From: Amoebidium appalachense
Lineage: Eukaryota > Protista > Ichthyosporea
DNA: 64,000 nucleotides
NCBI GenBank assembly: GCA_963693365.1
Contig: CAVNZM010000010.1
Span: forward strand, 6,077,794 to 6,141,793
Reading direction: 5' to 3'
In this document: positions 55,517-64,000 of the stretch, one piece after another
How positions within the stretch are numbered: the stretch's first letter is position 1
Layout: every line of letters starts with the position of its first letter
The notes under the pieces: model-generated
Databases searched by the model: none
The model's input: the letters and a program-made list of their open reading frames with translations, nothing else
Told to the model about the DNA's origin: nothing
Translations under genes and position numbers: made by a program

Positions 55517-55853
55517 TTTTTTTCCCGATTCTTCACCATGGCAGGTATATAAAGGCTTTCGTTTCTTCTTTTTGTGTCACGTCAACTTTTTTTCCCGACT
55601 CTTCACCATGGCAGGTATATAAAGGCTTTCGTTTCTTCTTTTTGTGGGGGGACTTCACTTTCACTTCGATCTCTTAGCTGTCACGTCAACTTTTTTTCCC
55701 TAATCTTCACCATGGCAGGTATATAAAGGCTTTCGTTTCTTCTTTTTGTGGGGAACTTCACCTTCACTTCGATCTCTTAGCTGTCACGTCAACTTTTTTT
55801 CCCGATTCTTCACCATGGCAGGTATATAAAGGCTTTCGTTTCTTCTTTTTGTG
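55517..55853. repeat. Tandem array of 4 near-identical ~60-bp cores (periods 70, 104, 103 bp)
   Basis: Core TTTTTTTCCCGATTCTTCACCATGGCAGGTATATAAAGGCTTTCGTTTCTTCTTTTTGTG, with GCAGG at 55541, 55611, 55715 and 55818. The two long spacers are near-identical to each other. Confidence 0.95.
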
Positions 55854-55859
55854 GTGGGA

Positions 55860-58250
55860 GGCCTAGGAGTCCCACTCAGGGGAACGTGACTGCAGCGTGT
55901 GTGTGGTGTGGCCTGGTGTATTCCTACTGCTGTGAGAGTGTGGGGGCATCTCACTTTCGCGGAGTTTCTCGCTTGAGAAGTGGTTTCTTCAACGCCTGGT
56001 GGTCCACTGCAACCTATGGGAACTTTTACACGCTGTCTACGCTTCTACGCGACCTATTGGCGGTGGGCTGCTGCAACTTCTTCAGCTACTTCTGCGCTGC
56101 GTGAGTGGAGGGGCGGCTACTTGGTCGGGGAGCTATCCAAGTGACTGCCAGTCCTTAGCCTCCAGTCGTATGGCAATGACCGGGTTTGCTTGCATGCATT
56201 CTGTAACTGTGTTTTTCTGTGTGTCCTGCCACAACTAGGCCACCTTATCAGAGAGCTAGATGCAGTTTCTCCGGGTTATCTAGGGGCCGGGCCCGTTGGG
56301 ATTGTTTTTTAGCTCAGATTTGGTCTGCATTGCTCTTTTAGAGGCTGACTTGCTTGCTGTGCCTCGGTAGGTTTTGAGGGGGGCCTGTTGGGAAGCAGCA
56401 GTAATGATGTCTTCTTGCGGCGTGTGGCCTGGTCAACATCGATGCATATGACTAGTTGGAGCAAACTAGTTTCATGCATACACGTACACTTAAGGTTTTG
56501 CCCGCTGGTGTCCTTTGTCACTTGTCGCTTTATTTATATTTCGTAGCTTTGGCTTTTTCAGTTCTATTGGTGGTTATGTAGCCTGTGGCTGCACGTTGCC
56601 TTCATCAACGGATCAATAAACCCGAGCCAAAAGAAGAAAGTTCCCCCTGCCGGCCCACATCGAAATTTTCGAATTCGCGTGCCACGTTCACATGCACATG
56701 CCGAGGGGCGGAGTGCTTTGTTGCGGACAGTGTAGATAGATTGCTCCCGGGCACAAAGTTTAACGCTGATAGAAGCTCTATATTAATGTATACTCATGCT
56801 TGAGAAACAGCTTGTTAATATACTATGATGCCAGTCAGTTGATTACCTGTTGTGTGATAATAAACAATTGCACGGGACTGAAGTCCGGTGCAGGGGGGAT
56901 GACCTACAGGCAGGTGCTGGCGCAACCGGGGTGATGGTTGTTTCCTGCGGGCTGCAAGGAGCTGGTGAGCTACCTCTCTCCATCATGGTTCTGTTCGCGT
57001 CCTTTACCCGCCAGGGCGTGCGGATGGTACTCTGATGGCCGCGAGGCTTCTCGTTTAGGGGGTTGGCGGCCTTCTGGGTTAGCGACGGCACCCTTTTTCT
57101 ATGATGGGGGGCACAACCAAGTTTTCTCCAACTCTACGTTTTCTCCTTGGGGTGCACCTGCGGCTTGGTTGATGTTGACGTCTCCTCCGCGGCGCGCGTC
57201 CAGGGTACTTTGTAGCCGACTGGGACGTCGAGAAGCTTCCTCAGCCGGCTACAGTTACGGGCCCTTGTGGTGGCAGTTAGCTCTATAGCCTTGATTTGTG
57301 TACCCATTTGCTTGTTGGTTCCTTTTGCATTCCCGTTACAGCTAGGCTACCTTGTTTGGCTGCTATTCTCCTTGGAGGGTTACTCCTGTCGCCGCGCCCC
57401 CTAAGGTAGTTTTGCAGTCTTATATGTTCTGTATTGCTCTTTTGAAACCTCGTGTGCTGCTCCAGTGATAGAGTTTTGGCCGAGGGCTCTGTCTCTAGAG
57501 TAGTTACAGATGGCTTCCTTGCAGTTTGTAGCCTAGACATCTTCGTGGCTTTGATGGAGCAATCTAGCCATGCCCCAAGCTTCTCATTTTGTACCCTGCC
57601 ATCGATGCTAATTACATGTTAACGTACGCATTTACTCAAATTTCTGTGTGTTAACGTACGTGTTTCACTCAATGATTTCTGTGACTCTATTCATATTAGG
57701 TCACCTTTATTGAGGTTTTTTTGTTGTTGCAGCCGAGATATCAAGGGCAGTGGATGATTCAAGGACAATGTTGCCAAGCGTGTAGACATGTGACATGCAC
57801 GGTTGGAGCTTTTCCCTATACTCCTGCATACTACTTTCAACAAAAGCAAGAATACAGAACTCCAACTGAATGAATCGATTGCTGTCGCCAACTGTGTGAT
57901 GGGGTGACCCAAGGCCTCGGATCTCGAGGCGATATCAGGGGCAGTCACCATGATAAACACGACGGCAATAATACAGACGGTCTCTGTACTTGAATTGTTT
58001 TCAAAGCACCAAAAACCTTGGATATTCAAATGACATGTACCCTCGTGTTGAAGCTCATTGATGAATACCGAAGGCTGCATTGAGTCACCGTCACATAAAT
58101 TTACTTGAGAACAGCTATGACCTTTTGCATTTTCGAAAGTATGCGGTTGAAATTCCAATGCCATTATAATATTGCCCGTCAAATCTGACGAAATGGTGCC
58201 TACAGCGCCAGGTGTGCTGTATGATACGGGATAGCAAGGCTTTTTTTTTA
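55860..58250 (-). other. Microsatellite-free island with broken minus-strand reading frames (decayed gene or TE remnant, unidentified)
   Basis: About 2.4 kb with no poly-C/G or CA tracts. Basic, low-complexity peptides (e.g. 57540-57283, 57091-56843) interrupted by stops. No recognisable domain. Confidence 0.3.
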
Positions 58251-58399
58251 GAAGAAGGATATCATAGTATAAGATACTGGCAGCCGAATGCGGGGCTCCC
58301 GTCTGCTAAAAAAGGGCCAGAGGCCATGCCCCTCTCGCAAAAAACGTTTTTATGCATGTGCTTGTGTTGAAGTGCGTGCTGTGTGTCACAGTGTGTGTG

Positions 58400-58535
<136 letters not shown>

Positions 58536-59044
58536 GTGTCACAATAACGGTGCGTGCACGTGTAGTCTATTTAGATCTACGGTGTGTGTGGGTGGGCGGT
58601 GTGTATATGGGTGTATATCATGGTGTGTGTCTGGTGTGCACTTGTGTGTGTGCGCGCGCGTGTGTGATTTAATTGCATGTGTGCGTGTGTGTGTGTGTGC
58701 ACGTGTGTGTGCATCTTTGTGTGTGTGTGTGTGTGTGTGTGTGACTGTGTGTGTGTGTGTGCACGTGTGTGTGTGCACGAGAAAGAGAGATTGAGAGTGG
58801 GTGTGTGGGTGTGTGTGTGTATGTGTTTGTGTTTCTGCCGGTGCGACCTTTTTTTTTTTTTTTTTTTTTTTTGGGGGGGGGGGGAGGGGGGGGGGGGGGG
58901 AGAGGGGGGGGGGGGGGGGAGGGGGGAAGGGTGTTGATAAACACTCTTCCCACGGCAACTTGGGACAGAAAGAGTTTCTTTGTAGATGGGTGGCCATATG
59001 GTTTTAGACACATGACCAAAACAAAAATTGCAGGCTCCCCCCCC

Positions 59045-59113
<69 letters not shown>

Positions 59114-60136
59114 CGAGGCTCTCTCTCATACAGTCTCTCTCTCTCCCTCTCTCTCTCTCTCCGAGGCTCAGGCTCTCCCTCTCTCCCCGAGACCCCCCCC
59201 CTCTCTCTCTCTCTCTCCCCCCCTCTCTCTCCACGAGGCTCTCTCTCATACAGTCTATCTCTCTCTCTCCCTCTCTCTCCCTTCGAGGATCTCTCCCTCT
59301 CTCCTCCTCTTTGGTGTCAGTGTGCCCAACTTCAGTGAAGGTGTGTCCGAGTCCACTGAGGCTCCCGTAGTTTGGGGGCGGCAGGGGAGGCTCGGCTCCG
59401 TTAAACCTTGGAACTTCTTCTCTATGCAGACTCTAGACTCTGTGGAAAGGAAAGAAAGGAAGGGCTTTCACGTGTTATATTATTATTCGTGCATCGTTCA
59501 CACACAACCTTCAAATTGTCCACCAAGTATTACAACCCTTTTGCGACACTAACCATTGAATTGGTACCTGTGTAAAGCCCTAGTTGCAGCTGCCTAGTTG
59601 CTCTCCCAGAGGAGTCATCTACGTTTTAGGGGAGGGAAGTTTATGGTGGATCCGAAGGCTGGTGCACGACGCCCAAGGCCATATATGTAGACTATGATCT
59701 GGGAAACGCCAGACCGCTGGTCACAGACTCGACCGTTTAGATCTGAGATGCACCCGGGGATGCCAGTGGCATCAGTGGTGTGACCAGGCGCCGGTTCAAG
59801 CCGCATTGGCGGGACCCCGGGCTTGGGGGGGGAGGGGGGGGGAGGGGGGGGGGGGGGGGGGGGGGAGGAGGAAACGGTTTGAGGACGGCGACCAGTGGTG
59901 GGCAGTACACACATTCATTCGAAGAGCTTCTGAACTTGATGTTCGTGCTGTCACACGACGGAGTTGTTACAAAGTTTCCGAATAGCTGCCCTCCCTCCCC
60001 CTCCCTCACCTCCCCCCCTCCATCCCCTAAGACATACGAAACAAACACACACACACACGTGTACACGCACGTACACATGCACGCGCACACGCACACACGC
60101 ACACGCACACACGCACGCACGCATGCACGCACGCAC

Positions 60137-60248
<112 letters not shown>

Positions 60249-60892
60249 TTGCAATTGAAGTCACTCCACCCTCCATGGGACGCGTCCGCATTCCGAGCCA
60301 GCTAGCCAGCGAGGTCAACCCGAGACCTCCGGTGTCCGGACCCCCCGCACAGGTTTGCGCAAATCCGGGGGTGATTTTTGAGAGAAATGGTTGGTTTATC
60401 TTGCTGGTCATGGCTGATTGGTTGGTGCCACCTCAGCTCTGGCTCAGTCATCTAATTACAAACCCTGCTACGAACAGCTGATGCCAATTTGAGCCACTCT
60501 GTACATACAAACTGTCTCCAAGGCTAGCTAACTCATAGCAAGCTAGTATTAAATATTTATTATATCCATAATATTATCACGCCTTTCCTTGTACTATACT
60601 ATAAGGTACGAGTGCAATACCACTTAGCTAGATCAGCACGCAGTGAGTAATTTGCATCTTAGTGCCAACCCTGATAATGGCTGTAGGCTGGCATGGCTCA
60701 GTTTGTACACTGATCTTTTTCGCAATGTTGGGTCGCGATCGGCACGGCACACACAGAGAACACGAGCGAGAAAATGTTTTTTGTGAAAGTTTGAACCTTT
60801 TATTTTTAAAACGTTGAACCCTTTCCCCTCCATTCTGCATGGTCGTGTAAGGCTGTCTAGCAAGCTTCACAAACATGTGTCAAACGGAAGCC

Positions 60893-63022
60893 ATGAAGGC
60901 GGTTTTGAAACGCCTTCAAGACGCCCAGGGAAAGCTGAACGCCACCTTGGAAGAATGCACAGAAAAGATCACACACGCAGCTGCCGACGCCCAGGAGTCT
61001 CTAGCTGCAGCGTTGTCGGAGGCAGCGGGTATACTGGTGGAGATTGAGAAGAGGTCGATTGCACTGCAGGAGGCCAAGCGCCAGTTGGAGGATGAAAAGA
61101 CCGCACTGGCTGAGAAAAGGTAAGAATGTGTGTTTTCTTGTGGAGTAGTGATGTTGGGATGAGTTGTCGAATTCGAGCGAGCTTGAAGGTTGAACCTAGT
61201 TTCTTTTGGAGTTGTGGTAAGCCACTGCACCAGCCTGTTGGTTTGTTGTTACGTGTTGATATTGGGAAATAGTGCTTTATAGATGTCAAATTGAAAGAGC
61301 TTTGAGGCTGAACTTATCGTTTGGCAGTCGGCTTGCCACTGCATCAGCCTGTTGGTTTCTGGTTTTTGGTGGTTCTGACTTGTGAGTGGGTGTGAAGCTT
61401 CCTTGCTTCTCTTTTGCCTCTCCTCCTTGTCCCCGTCTTTGTCTTTGCCTTCTTCTTGCTGCTCCTTTCCCTCTCCGTTTTCCAATAATTCCTCCAGCTC
61501 TCCCTTTTCCTCTTTTCTTTTTGCCTTCTCTAGTTCCTTGCATCTTCACCCTCTTTTCCTTCTCCTACCTATTAGTCACCCTTTTCTTCTCACTTGAGGT
61601 CTTCTTCCTCTCGTTCTCCTCTCCCCATTCGTCAACTCAAACAGTCCTATCTTCTCCTTTTTCCTCTTCTTCCACACGTTTTCTTCCGTTTTCTTCTCAC
61701 GTTTACACTTTGTTTCTCACGCTCAACAAACCTTACCCACAGGCAGGCTTTTGAGGCCGAGCGCCAGTTTGTCGCAGATGCTAACACACGCAGCAGCGAC
61801 GTCATCTGGCTAAATGTCGGGGGCCAGATTATGTCCACTTCACGAAAGTCCCTCTGTCTGTTCCCCGACTCTATGCTTGGCGCGTTTTTCAGCGGCCGGC
61901 ACGCGCTACAAACCGATTCTGAGGGACGGATACTCATCGACCGAGACCCCTACTGGTTTAACTACATTCTTGAGTTTTTACGCAACAATGGACAGTTGTC
62001 CAAGGAGCAGATTCCAGAGGATGACGACGTCAGACACCGTGTTCGGTTTGAGTTCGACTATTTCTGTCTGCCGTGTCCATTCGATGTTCCGCCCTTGGTT
62101 GAGCAATTCGGTATGGGCTTCAGTGATCGGGTATACGAGGGTCACGTAGGGAGCGTTCTCTCTGTAGATGTTACAGACCACGAGATTGTCAGTGGCGGGG
62201 CAGATAAAACGGTGCGTGTGTGGGACGTTCTAACAGGGAATTGTTTACATGTTCTACACGGGCACCACGGGGCTGTGGGGCGTGTGGCGGCGTATGGGGA
62301 CAGGACGGCGACGAACGAACAAGTAAACGATGAGGTGTTTGTGTGGGATATACACGAAGGGAAACTACTGACGAAACTTCCACTGGGCGGGCGTGTGCTG
62401 TCTGTGGGGGTGGGTAAGACCGTTGCTGTTGCGACCGGATACCTCTCATGCAGTTTTACGTCTGTGACGATTAAAGTATGGGACTTGGAAACAAGTGCGG
62501 TTTTGTGGCAAACGACAGGGTTGAACACGGCGACAGGGAGAGTTGCCGTGTACAACGACAGTTTGGTGTGCGGGGGTATCGGTATGGAGCTGAAGGTGTG
62601 GGATGTAAAATCGGGGAACATGTCACATGACGTTACTGGGCCACCACAAGAAGCCCACACACGCCACCATTACCGATGATTCGATTGTTAGTTGGAGCGC
62701 GAGCATTGACGGGCAGCGCGAGTGCGTGTTATGGAACAAGGCAAACGACAGTAGCCCCACGCCTGTTAGCCAACGGGTGATCCATGCTGGGAATGGAGCA
62801 TGCATGGTGCACAATGGCACGTTTGTTTCTGTCGACAATGACGTTTTGGTACTTACCGACATAGCAACGGGCACGGAACAGCGTCTGAGTGGCCATGCCG
62901 AGTTTATCTGTGGCATATCGGGGTATGGGGATATGATTGCGACGGCGTCGCGAGATGCGACCATTCGCGTGTGGAAGCCCAGGCGTAGGCGGAGCAGGAT
63001 GCTGAGTATCACCAAGCCGTGA
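60893..63022 (+). CDS. Coiled-coil + KCTD-type BTB/POZ + WD40 protein, with one +1 frameshift near 62620 (pseudogene or assembly error)
   Basis: Exon 1 60893 (or 60875)-61119 is coiled-coil-like. Exon 2 starts at 61743: IWLNVGG...PDSMLGAFFSG...IDRDP..FNYILEFLR (BTB), then GH...VSGGADKTVRVWD repeats. WD40 continues in another frame (LLGHHK...SGH...TASRDATIRVWK) to TGA at 63022. Confidence 0.8.
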
Positions 63023-63611
63023 GGTGCTTGAGAACAAGTTTTGTGTGTGTGTGTGTGTGTGTGTGTGATTGCGCTTTTGCACAGAGCACACATGAATAGG
63101 TATATATCTCACTCCACAACCACCTAATCTCTGCTCTGTGGCTTGCTTCAAGTTGCTCTTTCCTTCCCAACCCCAACCCCCCCCCCCCCTTTCCCCCCCC
63201 CGGCCCTCCCTGGGGGGCCCTTCCTTTCTCTTCCCTTTCGCCTCCCGCTCCCCCTCCTTCTCTTAGAATCCCTCCCCCCTTGTATATCACTCTCTGCCAT
63301 GCCTCGAGCATTTCGTTTTGAAAACTGCTGATTCTAGTGTTCCCTGTTGTATACGAAAGGTAATGGGGTTATAAGGGGGTCTTTTATGTGCTTGTGGGGC
63401 GAAGGGGGGGGAGGGGAGGGGGGGGGGTAGGCGGGTGGTGATGGTGGTGGTGGTTGGGGGAGGCAGGAGGGGGGGAGGGAGGGAGGGGGAGAGAGCGAGA
63501 GAGGAGAGAGAGAGAGAGAGAGAGAGAGGAGTGGGCAGGGGCAGACGGAGTTGGTGGGAGGAGGGGGGCGGTTGAAAGGGGGATCCTTCTCTCTCTCTCT
63601 CTCCCCTCCCC

Positions 63612-63644
<33 letters not shown>

Positions 63645-64000
63645 GCAGTTGTCTTATGTTCAAAGAGGTCATGTTGCTTGACCATAAACATGTTGCACTC
63701 TGCAAACAAGATGATCGGTGCAGGGCGGGTAGGGAGGGTAAGGGGTGGGCAGGGAGAGGGGGAGGGGGCTGGGGGCAAGGGAGATGGAGGTTGAGAAGGG
63801 GGACAGGGGAGAGGTGGGGGGGGGGGGGAGGGGGGGGGGGGGGGCAGGGGGGGTAGGGAGAGGAAGGGGGCGGAGAAGGGGGTTATGGGTTGGGGGCAGG
63901 GAATGGGGGAATTGGGTGCAGGGAGGGGGGAGGGCGGAGGAAGAAGGGGTTTGGGGAAGAGGAGAGGGCGGGGGCTCTTGGGGGGGGGGGGGGGGGGGGG

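Noticed and set aside
55517-55853. CRISPR array
   Set aside because: The repeat is ~60 bp, the spacers are copies of each other rather than unique, there are no cas genes, and the context is eukaryotic.

Overview
Eukaryotic, intron-rich genomic DNA whose introns and intergenic spacers are saturated with poly-C/poly-G, (CA/TG)n and (CT/AG)n tracts. Nearly all six-frame ORFs are artefacts of these tracts. Splicing by hand gives three apparently intact genes: (1) a 6-exon secreted lysyl oxidase (+, 5459-8510); (2) a ~24-exon GNPTAB / GlcNAc-1-phosphotransferase alpha/beta precursor (-, 14824-32993); (3) a 14-exon HELLS/LSH/DDM1 SNF2 remodeler (+, 33875-42768), head-to-head with GNPTAB. Also present: a multiply disabled secreted EGF + novel Cys-repeat + PAN gene (-, ~45152-55069), a coiled-coil/KCTD-BTB/WD40 gene with a single frameshift (+, 60893-63022), several local duplications (one carries a synonymously diverged copy of a GNPTAB exon start), and a 4-copy ~103-bp array. 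The gene content and divergence suggest a holozoan, possibly a unicellular relative of animals. That assignment is inference and cannot be proven from this window. No tRNA, rRNA, CRISPR array or intact transposon was found.
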